A DNA stretch of 64,000 nucleotides from Candidatus Margulisiibacteriota bacterium (GCA_018822365.1 JAHJKL010000070.1:1941-65940), one strand, 5' to 3'. Shown: positions 26,164 to 37,481, numbered from the stretch's first letter. Program-made: numbers and translations. Notes: a model not told the origin generated them from the letters alone.

Positions 26164-27708
26164 GTGGTTTTCTATTCTAGATCATTGGGGTGCGCCATAA
26201 ATAACAAACTTATTGCCCCTGCCTTCCGAGTTACCCTCATCTACGCCATTCTTGGCGTTATCTGGATCATTTCGACCGATCTGATAATTGAAGCGCTCGT
26301 CACCTCCCCCAAGCAAATGACGATAATGCAAACTTATAAAGGAATTGCTTTTGTCCTTATTAGCACCTTGACGGTTTTCCTGGTTGCCTACCGGGAAATG
26401 GTCTTAAAGTTAAAGGCCGAGGGACTCCAGTTGCATGCCGAAAAATATTTCGACAATTTGTTCAGCCATTCAGCCACCCCGTCATTATTGTTAAAACAAG
26501 GGAAGATCGCCAGCGCCAACCAGGCCTTTCTCGTAATGTTTGGCCTTCCTAGTTTTAGCGAGCTGGCCGGCAAGGATCTGGCCTCGCTCTCTCCCGAAAA
26601 ACAGCCGGGCGGCCTTATGTCAAAAGAAAAGGCGAAAAGCGAAATCGAGACCGCGCTGGCAAAAGGGGCCAATCGTTTGGAGTGGCTCTTTGCCCGCAAA
26701 GACGGCTCCATTTTCTTGGGCGACATCGCGATAACCTCGATAGGTTCGCCGGAAGAGAACGCTTTGTACGTGACCGCAAACGATATCACCGAAAGAAAAA
26801 AACGCGAAGACCATTTAAAGAAAAGCGAAGAAGCTTACCGGACCCTGGCGGAAAACCTGCCGGGACTTGTTTTTCGCTGTCATCTGGCAAACGGGCACCA
26901 AATGGAGTTTTTTAACAATATGCTCGGCCCGCTGACCGGTTTTACGCCCGATGAATTAAAAAAGGGGGAGTTCTGCTCGTTTGATCCGATCATTCATCCG
27001 GATGATAAGCAGTTTGTTTTTGATACGATCAAAGAAGTCACGCTAAACAACAAGCCGTTCCGTATTGAATTCCGCCTGTTGCACAAGACCGGTGATGTAA
27101 AATATGTTATCCAGCGCGGCCGCCCGGTCTATGATGAGTCGGGCAAGGCTATCTATATCGATGGGGTCTTTTTTGACCTGACCGAAAGCAAGCGGACCGA
27201 AAAGTCCCTGGCCGAAAGCGAAAAGAAATTTCAAACCCTCTTTGAGGTTTCCCCCAACCCGCTCTTCGTCGAGGCACTCGACGGCAAGGTCCTTGACTGC
27301 AATAGCGCGGCAGCCGCTATTTTTGGCTACGGCAAAGAGGAGTTCCTGAAGCTGAACACCAAAGACCTGGTCCCGCCGGATGTCGCCTCTTCGTTCCCGG
27401 AGCTGGTCAAAGCCGTCCTGGAAAAAGGAGAGTTTCAAGTCGAAGCGCTAAACAAAAAAAAGAACGGGACTTTTTTCCCTGCGGCCGTCCGGATTAAAGC
27501 GATCGAGATCAACGGACAAAAATGCGTCCTAACCTCTGTTCAGGATATAACCGAGCAAAAAGCCGCGGAAATAAAAACCAAAGATAAAATACAGACCCTG
27601 GCCCAGATCAGCGACGCCGCTACCGGCCGGGAATTGCGCCTGATCGAAATGGAAAAAGAGGTCAACCTGCTCCAAAAAGAGCTCGGCCGGGAACCAAAAT
27701 ATAAATAA
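26164..27708 (+). CDS. Membrane-anchored PAS-domain sensor protein without a recognisable output domain
   Basis: Two N-terminal TM helices are followed by three PAS-like S-boxes (for example 'AYRTLAENLPGLVFRCHL' and 'FQTLFEVSPNPLFVEALDGKVLDCNSAAAAIFGY') and a C-terminal coiled coil. No HisKA, HATPase or GGDEF domain is present. The start codon is uncertain; the ORF-track start is GTG. Confidence 0.7.
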   Translation: MVFYSRSLGCAINNKLIAPAFRVTLIYAILGVIWIISTDLIIEALVTSPKQMTIMQTYKGIAFVLISTLTVFLVAYREMVLKLKAEGLQLHAEKYFDNLFSHSATPSLLLKQGKIASANQAFLVMFGLPSFSELAGKDLASLSPEKQPGGLMSKEKAKSEIETALAKGANRLEWLFARKDGSIFLGDIAITSIGSPEENALYVTANDITERKKREDHLKKSEEAYRTLAENLPGLVFRCHLANGHQMEFFNNMLGPLTGFTPDELKKGEFCSFDPIIHPDDKQFVFDTIKEVTLNNKPFRIEFRLLHKTGDVKYVIQRGRPVYDESGKAIYIDGVFFDLTESKRTEKSLAESEKKFQTLFEVSPNPLFVEALDGKVLDCNSAAAAIFGYGKEEFLKLNTKDLVPPDVASSFPELVKAVLEKGEFQVEALNKKKNGTFFPAAVRIKAIEINGQKCVLTSVQDITEQKAAEIKTKDKIQTLAQISDAATGRELRLIEMEKEVNLLQKELGREPKYK

Positions 27709-27719
27709 AGGATCAATCC

Positions 27720-28052
27720 ATGGTTAAGATCACCGAATTTCTGGAAGGGGTCAGCACCCTCGACCAAAAATTCATCGGGACGGTCGCTTTTCGCAGTGAA
27801 GAGCTGACCCTTCCCGATGGAAGCAAAGTCGCCCTGGGCCTTGATGACGGGCACTGGGTCCTGGTTTATCAGGAAAGATCAGGGGCCCCGTTCGAGGTCT
27901 TTGATTACTCCGCTCACGACCGGAAAATATTCATCGACAAAAAGCCTGGCGGGGCCGGCGAACTGGCCCGCTTTAAAAAGATCATCCAATATTTTTTGTC
28001 GCACGGTCAAACGGCCGACCTGGTCACCATTCTTCCTCCGGAGGTCGCCTGA
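27720..28052 (+). CDS. Hypothetical protein (110 aa)
   Basis: An AAGGA RBS precedes it. Its stop overlaps the next ORF's ATG (TGATG), so it is co-transcribed with the ilv genes. Confidence 0.4.
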   Translation: MVKITEFLEGVSTLDQKFIGTVAFRSEELTLPDGSKVALGLDDGHWVLVYQERSGAPFEVFDYSAHDRKIFIDKKPGGAGELARFKKIIQYFLSHGQTADLVTILPPEVA

Positions 28053-28273
28053 TGAGCGAGCTTTACGGCCTCGGCTCGTTCGGGATCGTCCCGCATTTAA
28101 GCGATGACGCGCTCAAACAGGCAAAATATGCCGACATTAAAAGCCAGGCCGGGCGGATCGCATACCTTTCTGCCGCCGGAAGAAGAGGGGGCAAACCAAC
28201 GACCGAAGAAGGGATTAAGCCGGCCAAAGGGGCCTTGAAATGGATCGCTAAATTGCTCGAGGAGGAAAACTAA
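28052..28273 (+). CDS. Hypothetical small basic protein (73 aa)
   Basis: It is translationally coupled on both sides (TGATG upstream, TAATG into ilvD). Confidence 0.35.
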   Translation: MSELYGLGSFGIVPHLSDDALKQAKYADIKSQAGRIAYLSAAGRRGGKPTTEEGIKPAKGALKWIAKLLEEEN

Positions 28274-29922
28274 TGAGAAGCGACGCTTTAAAAAAACGGG
28301 CCCCGATCCGCTCACTGATCCACGCCACCGGCGTTTCATCCAAGGAAATGAAAAAACCGTTCATCGGTCTGGCCTCAAGCTTTACCGACCTGGTCCCCGG
28401 CCATGTTGATATGCGCTCCCTGGAAAGAGCAATTGAAAAAGGGATCCATGCCGGAGGCGGCGTCTCCTTCACTTTTGGCCTGCCGGCCATTTGTGACGGT
28501 ATCGCCATGGGACATAAAGGAATGCACTACTCCCTCCCCTCCCGCGAACTGATCGCCGACACTATTGAATCTGTTGCCGAAGCCCACCAGCTCGACGGGC
28601 TGGTCCTCCTGACCGCCTGCGACAAGATCACCCCGGGAATGCTGATGGCGGCCGCCCGGCTTGACATTCCAACGATCCTGGTCACCGCCGGCCCGATGCT
28701 GGCCGGTTGCTATAAAATGACCCGGCTTGACCTGGTCCACGACACGTTTGAGGCTGAAGCCGCTTATAAGCAGGGGAAGATCAGTAAAACAGACCTCGAG
28801 AACCTGACCCTCAACGCTTGTCCGGGAGCCGGCTCATGCTCCGGCATGTTCACCGCCAATACCATGGCTTGCGCTGGAGAAGCACTTGGCATGTCTCTCC
28901 CCTTCTGCGGCACCTCGCTGGCGGTCTCATCCAAGAAAAAGATGCTCGCTTACGAAAGCGGCCAAAAGATCGTCGAGCTGGTCGAGAAGAAGATCACGCC
29001 GCGCAAGATCATGAACCTGAAGGCTTTCACCAACGCCATTCGGATCGACATGGCGCTTGGCGGCTCGACCAACGCGGTCCTGCACCTGACCGCTATCGCC
29101 CGGGAAGCGGGGATCAAGCTCCCGCTCGAACTATTTGATGAGATCAGCAAAGCGACGCCGCATCTCACCAGCCTCCGTCCCGGCGGCAATCATTTTATGG
29201 AAGATTTTGAGCGCGCCGGCGGTGTCCCGGCCGCGATGCACGTCATGCAAAAAATGCTTCTCGACAACCCGACCGTCTCCGGCCTATCCATTAAACAGAT
29301 CGCCGCTGGCGGAGAGGTTTATGACAAGGACATTATTCGCGCAACAACCAATCCCTACCACAAAGAAGGAAGCCTGGCAGTTCTAAAAGGGAACATCGCG
29401 CCGGAAGGCGGCGTCGTCAAACAGACCGCGGTTTCAGCCAAGATGATGAAGTTTACCGGCAAAGCCAAAGTTTTCGACTCCGAAGATGCCGCCCAGAAGG
29501 CGATCCTTAGCGGCAAGATCAAAGCCGGAGATGTTGTCGTCATCCGCTATGAAGGGCCAAAAGGAGGCCCTGGGATGCGCGAAATGCTCTACCCGACTTC
29601 AGCGATCGCCGGGATGGGGCTGTCGGACTCGGTTGCCCTGATCACCGACGGGCGCTTTTCCGGCGGGACCCGCGGCCCCTGCATCGGCCATGTTTCCCCG
29701 GAAGCGGCAGCCGGCGGGCCGATCGCCATCGTCAAAGATGGGGATATAATTGAGATCGACATTCATAATAGAAAGCTTAACGTTAAATTAAGCGACGTGG
29801 AAATAAACCTGCGCCTGAGGCAATGGAAAGAACCTAAGCCGAAGTTCGATTCGGGCTGGCTGGCTCGTTACCAGAAGCTCGTGACTTCAGCCAGCACAGG
29901 AGCGGTCCTCAAAGCTTTTTGA
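28273..29922 (+). CDS. ilvD: Dihydroxy-acid dehydratase
   Basis: It contains '[17 protein letters not shown]' and 'CDKITPGM' and is full length. Confidence 0.9.
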   Translation: MRSDALKKRAPIRSLIHATGVSSKEMKKPFIGLASSFTDLVPGHVDMRSLERAIEKGIHAGGGVSFTFGLPAICDGIAMGHKGMHYSLPSRELIADTIESVAEAHQLDGLVLLTACDKITPGMLMAAARLDIPTILVTAGPMLAGCYKMTRLDLVHDTFEAEAAYKQGKISKTDLENLTLNACPGAGSCSGMFTANTMACAGEALGMSLPFCGTSLAVSSKKKMLAYESGQKIVELVEKKITPRKIMNLKAFTNAIRIDMALGGSTNAVLHLTAIAREAGIKLPLELFDEISKATPHLTSLRPGGNHFMEDFERAGGVPAAMHVMQKMLLDNPTVSGLSIKQIAAGGEVYDKDIIRATTNPYHKEGSLAVLKGNIAPEGGVVKQTAVSAKMMKFTGKAKVFDSEDAAQKAILSGKIKAGDVVVIRYEGPKGGPGMREMLYPTSAIAGMGLSDSVALITDGRFSGGTRGPCIGHVSPEAAAGGPIAIVKDGDIIEIDIHNRKLNVKLSDVEINLRLRQWKEPKPKFDSGWLARYQKLVTSASTGAVLKAF

Positions 29923-29953
29923 AATCCCTCCTCTTCTATGGTAAAATTAGCGT

Positions 29954-31630
29954 ATGGAAATCTCCGGCGCGCAAGCATTACTTGAGTCGTTAAAGCACGA
30001 AGGGGTCGATATTATTTTCGGTTACCCCGGCGGGGTTCTACTGCCGCTTTATGACGCCATGTACGCCAATAAGGATATTAAACACATTTTAGTTCGGCAC
30101 GAACAAGGGGCGGCGCATGCCGCCGACGGCTACGCCAGGGCAACCGGCAAAGTTGGGGTCTGCCTCGCGACCTCTGGCCCCGGCGCCACGAACCTGATCA
30201 CCGGGATCGCGACCGCTTATATGGATTCAATTCCGATGGTTGCTATTACCGGACAGGTCGCGACCCCCCTCCTTGGGCGCGATTCCTTCCAGGAGGCTGA
30301 CCTGACCGGTATCACCATGCCGATCACCAAGCATAATTATCTAGTCAAAAAGACCGAAGACCTGCCGCGGATCATCAAAGAGGCCTTTTATATTGCCAGA
30401 ACCGGGCGCCCCGGTCCTGTCTTGATCGATATTCCTAAAGATGTCCTGGTAAATAAGATCAAATATAAATATCCTGATAAAGTGGAGCTGGAAAGTTATA
30501 AGCCGAATTTCGAGGGCCACCCGAAACAAATTAATATGGCGGTCAAGGCGATCGCCGCCGCCCAAAAAGCGGTCATTTACGCCGGTGGCGGAGTTATCGC
30601 CTCTGATGCCAATAAGGAACTTAAAGAGCTGGCTGAAAAGTGCAATTTCCCGGTCACCACCACCTTGATGGGGATCGGCGGTTTTCCCGGCACCCATGAA
30701 TTATCGCTCGGGATGCTCGGGATGCACGGAACAGCTTATGCCAACTACGCGGTGACCGAATGCGACCTGTTGATCTCTATCGGCGCCCGCTTTGACGACC
30801 GGGTCACCGGTCACATCGCCCGCTTTGCTCCCAATGCGAAAATCATCCACATTGATATTGATCCGGCGGAGATCGGCAAGAATGTCCGGGTTGATGTGCC
30901 TATAGTCGGTGATGTTAAAAAAGTGCTGCAAGCCCTGTTGGCCAAGCTCCCGGCCAAAGAGAAAAACCAGCCCTGGCTCGACCAGATCGGCGAATGGAAA
31001 AAGAAGTTCCCGCTCTCCTACAAAAAGGAAGGGGGGCTCAAGCCGCAATTTATCATTGAAGAGCTCTACGCCCTGACCAAAGACCGGGAAACAGTCATTG
31101 TCACCGAAGTCGGCCAGCACCAGATGTGGGCCGGCATGTTCTATCAATACGATAAACCGCGCAACTGGATCTCTTCCGGCGGTTTAGGGACCATGGGCTT
31201 TGGTCTGCCGGCCGCCAACGGAGCCCAGTTTGGGCGGCCTAACGCGCTGGTGGTCGATATTGCCGGTGACGGTTCGATCCAGATGAATATCCAGGAGTTG
31301 ACCACCGCGGTCAACAACCGCCTGCCGATCAAGATCTTTGTGCTCAACAACTGTTTTTTGGGGATGGTCCGGCAGTGGCAGGAGCTGATCTACGACCGGC
31401 ACTATTCCCATACCCAGCTCTGCAATAATCCCGACCTGGTGAAGATCGCCGAAGCTTACGGGGCGGTCGGCCTGCGGGTCACCAAAGAAGAAGAGGTCCG
31501 CCCGGCCATGGAAAAAGCGTTGGCGATCAACGATCGTCCGGTCCTGATCGATTTTGTAACAGCCAAAGAGGAGAACGTGTTCCCCTTTGTCCCACCCGGG
31601 CAGGCGATCAATGAAATGATCATTGATTAG
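29954..31630 (+). CDS. ilvB: Acetolactate synthase large subunit
   Basis: ThDP-enzyme motifs 'GYPGGVLLPLYDA' and 'GDGSIQMNIQEL' are present. Confidence 0.9.
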   Translation: MEISGAQALLESLKHEGVDIIFGYPGGVLLPLYDAMYANKDIKHILVRHEQGAAHAADGYARATGKVGVCLATSGPGATNLITGIATAYMDSIPMVAITGQVATPLLGRDSFQEADLTGITMPITKHNYLVKKTEDLPRIIKEAFYIARTGRPGPVLIDIPKDVLVNKIKYKYPDKVELESYKPNFEGHPKQINMAVKAIAAAQKAVIYAGGGVIASDANKELKELAEKCNFPVTTTLMGIGGFPGTHELSLGMLGMHGTAYANYAVTECDLLISIGARFDDRVTGHIARFAPNAKIIHIDIDPAEIGKNVRVDVPIVGDVKKVLQALLAKLPAKEKNQPWLDQIGEWKKKFPLSYKKEGGLKPQFIIEELYALTKDRETVIVTEVGQHQMWAGMFYQYDKPRNWISSGGLGTMGFGLPAANGAQFGRPNALVVDIAGDGSIQMNIQELTTAVNNRLPIKIFVLNNCFLGMVRQWQELIYDRHYSHTQLCNNPDLVKIAEAYGAVGLRVTKEEEVRPAMEKALAINDRPVLIDFVTAKEENVFPFVPPGQAINEMIID

Positions 31631-31641
31631 GAAGGATTAAC

Positions 31642-32124
31642 ATGAGACATATAATATCAGTTGTAGTCGAGAATAAGCCCGGGGTCCTGACCCGGGTAGC
31701 GGGGCTTTTTGCCCGCCGGGGCTTTAACATCGAGAGCCTGGCTGTCGGCACGACCGAAACCCCTGATATTTCCAGAATGACGATCGTCGCCGAGGGGGAC
31801 GAACAGGACCTGGAGCAGATCATCAAACAGCTTTATAAGCTGATCGACACTATGAAAGTCTTTGACCTGCCGGCCGACAAAGCGATCGAACGGGAACTTG
31901 TGCTGATCAAGGTTGCGGCTAATGACAAGACCCGGCAGGAGATCACCCAGATCGTCGATATTTTCCGGGGGAAGGTCGTCGACGTGGCGGAAACCTCGAT
32001 GACCATTGAGATCGTCGGGGACGAGAACAAGGTTTCAGGCGCGGAAAAGCTGCTTACAAAATTTGGCATCCGCGAGTTGGTCCGAACCGGCGTCATCGGC
32101 CTAATGCGCGGCAGCGCCGAGTAA
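31642..32124 (+). CDS. ilvN: Acetolactate synthase small (regulatory) subunit
   Basis: The ACT-domain start is 'HIISVVVENKPGVLTRVAGLFARRGFNIESL'. Confidence 0.85.
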   Translation: MRHIISVVVENKPGVLTRVAGLFARRGFNIESLAVGTTETPDISRMTIVAEGDEQDLEQIIKQLYKLIDTMKVFDLPADKAIERELVLIKVAANDKTRQEITQIVDIFRGKVVDVAETSMTIEIVGDENKVSGAEKLLTKFGIRELVRTGVIGLMRGSAE

Positions 32125-32151
32125 TTTATTCCACAAAAGGGAGAGATTCAA

Positions 32152-33156
32152 ATGGCAAAAGTTTATTATGACCAGGACGCTGATCTTAACGTATTAAAAG
32201 GGAAGATAATCGCCGTTGTCGGCTACGGCTCGCAGGGACGGGGTCAATCTCTCAACCTGAAGGATAGCGGATTGAACGTCGTAATCGCCCTGCGCGACGA
32301 TTCCCCCAGCCGTGAAAAGGCAAAAGCAGACGGCCAGAAGGTTGTTTCGATCTCTGAAGCGGCCAAGACCGCCGACATCCTCCAGATCCTGGTCCCCGAC
32401 GAGCTTCAGGGAGACGTTTACAAGGAAGAGATCGCTCCGCACATGAAGGCGGGGAAGACCTTAATGTTCTCTCATGGCTTTAACATCCACTTCGGCCAGA
32501 TCGTTCCGCCAAAAGACGTTGATGTTATTATGGTCGCCCCCAAAGGACCGGGCCCGATGGTTCGGATCATGTACGAACAGGGAGCGGGAGTTCCTTCACT
32601 GATCGCCATTCACCAGGACGCTTCCGGCAAAGCCAAGCAAACTGCCCTCGCCTATGCCAAAGGGATCGGCGGGACACGCGCCGGAGTTTTTGAAACGACT
32701 TTCAAGGAAGAAACTGAAACCGACCTCTTCGGTGAGCAGACCGTCCTGTGCGGCGGGACTTCGGCCCTGGTTAAAGCGGGCTTTGAAACCCTGGTCGAAG
32801 CCGGGTATCAGCCGGAAATGGCCTATTTTGAATGCTTGCACGAACTTAAGCTCATCGTTGACCTGATGTATGCCAAGGGAATTTGGGGGATGCGCCAGGC
32901 GATCAGCAACACCGCCAAATGGGGAGATGTCACGGTTGGGCCCAAGATCATCGACGCCGGGGTCAAAGCCCGGATGAAAGAGGCGCTAACCAACATTCAA
33001 AACGGCACCTTTGCAAAAGAGTGGATAGCGGAAAGCAAATCCGGCCGGAAAAACTTTAACGCCCTGCTGGAAAAAGACAAGGGTCACCTCATCGAAAAAG
33101 TCGGGGGCGAACTCCGCAAGATGATGAATTGGCTGGATCCCAAGAAAAAGCAATAG
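32152..33156 (+). CDS. ilvC: Ketol-acid reductoisomerase
   Basis: '[18 protein letters not shown]' is the Rossmann motif, and KARI motifs are present throughout. Confidence 0.9.
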   Translation: MAKVYYDQDADLNVLKGKIIAVVGYGSQGRGQSLNLKDSGLNVVIALRDDSPSREKAKADGQKVVSISEAAKTADILQILVPDELQGDVYKEEIAPHMKAGKTLMFSHGFNIHFGQIVPPKDVDVIMVAPKGPGPMVRIMYEQGAGVPSLIAIHQDASGKAKQTALAYAKGIGGTRAGVFETTFKEETETDLFGEQTVLCGGTSALVKAGFETLVEAGYQPEMAYFECLHELKLIVDLMYAKGIWGMRQAISNTAKWGDVTVGPKIIDAGVKARMKEALTNIQNGTFAKEWIAESKSGRKNFNALLEKDKGHLIEKVGGELRKMMNWLDPKKKQ

Positions 33157-33158
33157 CT

Positions 33159-34439
33159 TTAGCTGAGCTCTTTTCGAGAATTGGGAATAAAGATGGTAAA
33201 AGTTGTTCCCGTCCCGGGTTTGGTCGTTACTTTGATCTCTCCCCCTATCTCATCGATAAGCTTTTTCACGATATAAAGGCCAAGGCCGGTCCCTTCCGCC
33301 TCTGATTTTGTCGTATAAAATGCGTTAAAGATCGTCGGAAGAGCAGATTCGGCAATGCCGGGCCCATTGTCACTGACCGCCAAACGAACACCTTCCGGCT
33401 CATTTTTCGTCATCACGACAATTTTCCCTCTTTCTCCGACAGCCTGGCAGGCGTTCTTGACCAGGTTCATGACGATCTGGATCAGTTTTTGTTTATTGCC
33501 GACCATCATGGGCTCTGCGGGGTCGGGAATAAACTCGAACTCTATCCCCTTCCGGCGAATATCAGAGGCGTTTAAAGACTTTACGCCAAAGACCGCTTCG
33601 TTAACCGAAAACACTGAATTGCCGGCATTCCCCCGTCCCAGGTCCTGGGTTGTTTGCACGATCGTCTTGATCTGCTCCAAAGAATTCTGTGCCCCCTCAA
33701 GATAATATTTGATCTTACCAAAACCAGCCGGCAGGGACCCTTTGCGCTCAACAAGCTCGGCTATCAGATAGATCGCCCCATACAATCCGGTCAGATAATT
33801 GTTGAGCTCGTGGGCGACCCCGGACAGAACAAGCCCGATCTCGGCCAACCGTGACTGTTCCCGGGCGATCTCTTCAGCTTTGTTCCGTTCAATCTCGATC
33901 CGCTGTTGGTTTAGTAATAACTCGATCATCGAAGGGAGCAATGCTTCGGCCTCGTTTTTTTCCAGATAACAATCGACCGTCTGGCTTACCGAAACCCCTG
34001 ACCGACTGTGCTCTTCGACCGGATCGTATTCGGTCAGCACGATGATCTTGGCATGTTTTTGCTGGCTCCGGATCTTTGCCGCCAATTCGTCAGCAGAGGT
34101 CGTTTCCTTAACGTCAATTATCGCTAAATTAGGAGAGTGCCCCATTAGCAGCGGAATGGTCTCCTGTCCGGCCGGCAACTTAACAAGCTCATGCCCCATG
34201 TTCGGGACCATCTTGTCCATTTTGCCGATCAACGATTTGTCGTTGCTGACCAACAAAACAACCCTCTTGCCAAAGAGGGGCCCATCAGAACTGTGCCCTA
34301 CCCTCCCGCGGCTCGAAAACAATAATGTATACGTCCCGGATTCACTCCTGGTCGCGGCCGCTCGCCATCTCGCCTTAACTTGATTGTGTAATAGAGGTGC
34401 GCTCCAAATCGTTCTTCGTATTGAGGATATATGGACCAT
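33159..34439 (-). CDS. Hybrid sensor histidine kinase with N-terminal receiver-like domain
   Basis: A receiver-like block (KRVVLLV...LAIIDV) is followed by an H-box 'HELNNYLTGL' and HATPase N/G boxes (DNGPGI, GTGLGL). The exact start is uncertain. Confidence 0.75.
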   Translation of the reverse strand: MVHISSIRRTIWSAPLLHNQVKARWRAAATRSESGTYTLLFSSRGRVGHSSDGPLFGKRVVLLVSNDKSLIGKMDKMVPNMGHELVKLPAGQETIPLLMGHSPNLAIIDVKETTSADELAAKIRSQQKHAKIIVLTEYDPVEEHSRSGVSVSQTVDCYLEKNEAEALLPSMIELLLNQQRIEIERNKAEEIAREQSRLAEIGLVLSGVAHELNNYLTGLYGAIYLIAELVERKGSLPAGFGKIKYYLEGAQNSLEQIKTIVQTTQDLGRGNAGNSVFSVNEAVFGVKSLNASDIRRKGIEFEFIPDPAEPMMVGNKQKLIQIVMNLVKNACQAVGERGKIVVMTKNEPEGVRLAVSDNGPGIAESALPTIFNAFYTTKSEAEGTGLGLYIVKKLIDEIGGEIKVTTKPGTGTTFTIFIPNSRKELS

Positions 34440-34494
34440 ATTACTCTTTGTCGCCGGGCAACAATATTAATTTCATAATATTTTGCCTGGGTGG

Positions 34495-35178
34495 TTAAAA
34501 TTGAAGTCTTAGTGAGTTTTTCCTTAACCAGGCCCTTCGCTGTTTATGGTCGGGGATGACCGAGGAAACCTTAGCCCAGAAATGACACGAATGGTCAAGA
34601 TGGCACAGATGGCTCAACTCGTGGACAACGACGTAATCGATCACTTCTATTGGGGCCATGATCAGCTTCCAGTTGAAATTAATGCTTCCTCGCCTGCTGC
34701 AGCTTCCCCATTGCCGCCGGTGCTCTTTTATGGCAACCTTGCCTGGGAATAGCCGCATCCGGGCCGCGTAAAGCTCAAGTCTTGCGACGATCAAACGTTT
34801 AGCTTCATTAATATACCATTCTCTGATCAGCCTTTTCCGGTTAATGATGCCGGTCTCCTGCCCGCCAGTCGCGACAAGTATCTCTTCAGCCCGCAAGTAA
34901 ACGCCTTTCGGCAGATGGCCCCCTTGTGACAAGGTATGCTCTTTCCCTAAAAAGAGAAGCTTCTCTCCAGGCTTGAACTCCTTAGGCTTCGGCCATTCCC
35001 GGCTGGCAAAATAAGCCAGCTTGGACTCGATCCAGCCCTGTTTGTCTCTCAATACCTTAACGATCTCCGATTTTCCAACCCATTTGGGAGCGGCAACCAC
35101 GACCCCTTTATGAGGGTCGATCGTTATCCCAATACTTCGCCGCCGGCCGCTTCTTTTTAATTGATAAGAAAAAGCCAT
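34495..35178 (-). CDS. YgjP-like (DUF45) metal-dependent hydrolase
   Basis: It has the 'VVVHELSHLCHLDHS' HExxH motif. The ATG at 35178 (MAFSYQ...) is preferred over the upstream ORF-track start. Confidence 0.65.
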   Translation of the reverse strand: MAFSYQLKRSGRRRSIGITIDPHKGVVVAAPKWVGKSEIVKVLRDKQGWIESKLAYFASREWPKPKEFKPGEKLLFLGKEHTLSQGGHLPKGVYLRAEEILVATGGQETGIINRKRLIREWYINEAKRLIVARLELYAARMRLFPGKVAIKEHRRQWGSCSRRGSINFNWKLIMAPIEVIDYVVVHELSHLCHLDHSCHFWAKVSSVIPDHKQRRAWLRKNSLRLQF

Positions 35179-35218
35179 GACCAGATGATAACATATCAAT
35201 ATGTTATAATTCATTATT

Positions 35219-35815
35219 ATGAAAAACAAAATATTATTGGTTTTCTTATTGCTAATTTTCGCGGCGACCCTGACCGCGGCAGGAAGGACAAAAAAAATGG
35301 AAAAAACTTACGCGATCCTGGAGACCTCGATGGGAAAGATCGTTGTCGAACTGCTCGATAAAGAGGCGCCGCAAACGGTCAAGAACTTTGTCGGCCTGGC
35401 CAAAGGAGAGATCGGCTGGATGGACCCTAAGACCGGCGAGATCGAAAAGAAGCCCCTTTATAATGGAACGATTTTTCATCGGGTAATTCCCGAGTTCATG
35501 ATCCAAGGGGGAGACCCTTTGGGGAATGGCATGGGGGGACCCGGCTATCGGTTTGAAGACGAAACCCCGCAAGAGACCAGCTTTGATGAGCCCGGGAGAC
35601 TTGCCATGGCCAATTCGGGGCCCAATACCAATGGAAGCCAGTTCTTCATTACGGTCGCCGAGACCCCATGGCTTGACGGAAAACACACGATCTTTGGCAA
35701 GGTGGTCAAGGGGTACGATATCGCAGAAAAGATCTCCACGGTTGGCCGCGATGAGCGCGACCGGCCGCTCAAAGAAGTTGTTTTAAAAAAAGTGACGATC
35801 ACCAACAAACCATGA
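35219..35815 (+). CDS. ppiB: Cyclophilin-type peptidyl-prolyl cis-trans isomerase, secreted
   Basis: A signal peptide is followed by 'FHRVIPEFMIQGGDP' and 'MANSGPNTNGSQFFIT'. Confidence 0.85.
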   Translation: MKNKILLVFLLLIFAATLTAAGRTKKMEKTYAILETSMGKIVVELLDKEAPQTVKNFVGLAKGEIGWMDPKTGEIEKKPLYNGTIFHRVIPEFMIQGGDPLGNGMGGPGYRFEDETPQETSFDEPGRLAMANSGPNTNGSQFFITVAETPWLDGKHTIFGKVVKGYDIAEKISTVGRDERDRPLKEVVLKKVTITNKP

Positions 35816-36264
35816 ACGAATTAGCCGTTTTTCTCCTGGCGGCTATCCCGGTCTTTGAGGTCAGAGGAGCGGTTCCGCTGGGAATTGCGGTTTACAAGCT
35901 GGCGCCGCCTACCGTTGTTCTGCTTAGCATTTTAGGCAGCATTCTGCCGATCTTCCCGCTGCTCTGGTTCCTGGAAAACATTACCGAACACCTGGAAAAG
36001 ATCCCCGTATTTAATAATTTTCTCCAATGGTTATTCACCCGAACCCGTTCGAAAAGCGGTCTGATCAAAGAGATGGAATTGATCGGCTTAACCATTTTTA
36101 TCGCCATCCCCTTCCCCGGAACCGGGGTCTGGACCGGAACGATCGCCGCCTATCTCCTCGGCCTGCGCTGGGGTCCGACCTTTTTTGCCGGATTTATCGG
36201 AACAACTATCGCATCCATTTTGGTTGCCGCCGCGACCTTAGGCGTGATAAACTTTATCCTATGA
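35812..36264 (+). CDS. Small multidrug-export-like membrane protein (COG2426 family)
   Basis: It is a 150-aa protein with four TM segments. It overlaps the PPIase stop and the dxr start. Confidence 0.5.
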   Translation: MNELAVFLLAAIPVFEVRGAVPLGIAVYKLAPPTVVLLSILGSILPIFPLLWFLENITEHLEKIPVFNNFLQWLFTRTRSKSGLIKEMELIGLTIFIAIPFPGTGVWTGTIAAYLLGLRWGPTFFAGFIGTTIASILVAAATLGVINFIL

Positions 36265-37394
36265 AAAAAGGGATCGTCATCCTTGGCTCCACCGGCTCCA
36301 TCGGGAAGCAGGCGCTGGAGATCGTCTCCATCTATCCCAGCCGGCTGAATGTTGTTGCCCTGGCCGCCAAGAACGATATCCCGGTCCTGGTCGAACAGAT
36401 CAATAAGTTCCAGCCCCAACTTGTCGCGCTGGCAACCGAAGAAGGAAAACAGAAACTACTTGCCGCTTTGCCGGAGATCAAAGCGGAGGTTGTTGTTGGC
36501 CCGGATGGTTTAGTCAAAGCAGCCACCATGACGACCGCCAAACTGGTCGTGGTCGCGATTCCCGGCGCCGCCCCGCTCTCAGCCGCTTTTGCTGCTGTTC
36601 ATGCCAAGAAAGATATCGCCCTCGCCACCAAAGAGGTCCTGGTTGCCGCCGGGGAACTGTTTATTAAAGAGGTTGTTGCTAACAAAGTTAAATTATTTCC
36701 GATCGACAGCGAACACAGCGCCATCGCCCAGTGTTTAAAAGGGGAAGACCGTAAAACCATTAAAAAGGTCATCCTAACCGCTTCAGGCGGTCCGTTCCTG
36801 AAAACCCCTGCTGAAAAGTTCGCTTCATTAACCGCCAAAGAAGCATTAAAACACCCGACCTGGAAGATGGGGCCCAAGGTCACCATCGATTCCGCGACCT
36901 TAATGAATAAGGGACTGGAAGTGATCGAAGCGCACCACCTTTTTGGGCTGGATTATTCCCAGATCGAAGTTATTATCCACCCGGAAAGCACCATTCACTC
37001 TATGGTTGAGTTTATTGACGGATCGGTCATCGCCCAGTTAGGCGCCCCTGACATGCGGATCCCGATCCAGTATGCGCTCCTGGAAGAAGAACGACAACAA
37101 AATATGTGGGGTCGGCTCGATTTTACCAAAGTCGCGCAACTGACGTTCCAAAAACCTGACTTTGTTAAGTTCCCCTGTCTGAAATACGCCTATGACGCGG
37201 GAAAAAAAGGGGGGACGACAACCGCGGTGCTTAACGCCGCCAGTGAAGTGGCGGTCCGCCAGTTCCTTGACGGCAAGATCAACTTCGCCCAGATCCCCCA
37301 GCGGATTAAAGCGGTCCTTGATAAACACGAGAGCCAACCGATCGCCTCGCTGGAGACCATCCTGGCTGCCGATACCTGGGCCAGATCAAATTAA
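36262..37394 (+). CDS. dxr: 1-deoxy-D-xylulose 5-phosphate reductoisomerase
   Basis: The true start is 'MKKGIVILGSTGSIGKQALEIV' at 36262. The longer ORF-track N-terminus is an artefact. DXR motifs are present throughout. Confidence 0.9.
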
Positions 37395-37481
37395 ATATTT
37401 TTTATTCTCCTGAATTTTCTTCATCTTTTTAACGATATATCAGTAAGCGACTGTTTAAGTCAAGCAAAAAGAGGCGTTTTT

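Noticed and set aside
36027-36261. Long N-terminal extension of the dxr ORF (455-aa track ORF)
   Set aside because: The extension overlaps the upstream membrane-protein gene in another frame. A canonical DXR N-terminus (MKKGIVILGSTGSIGKQ) begins at 36262.
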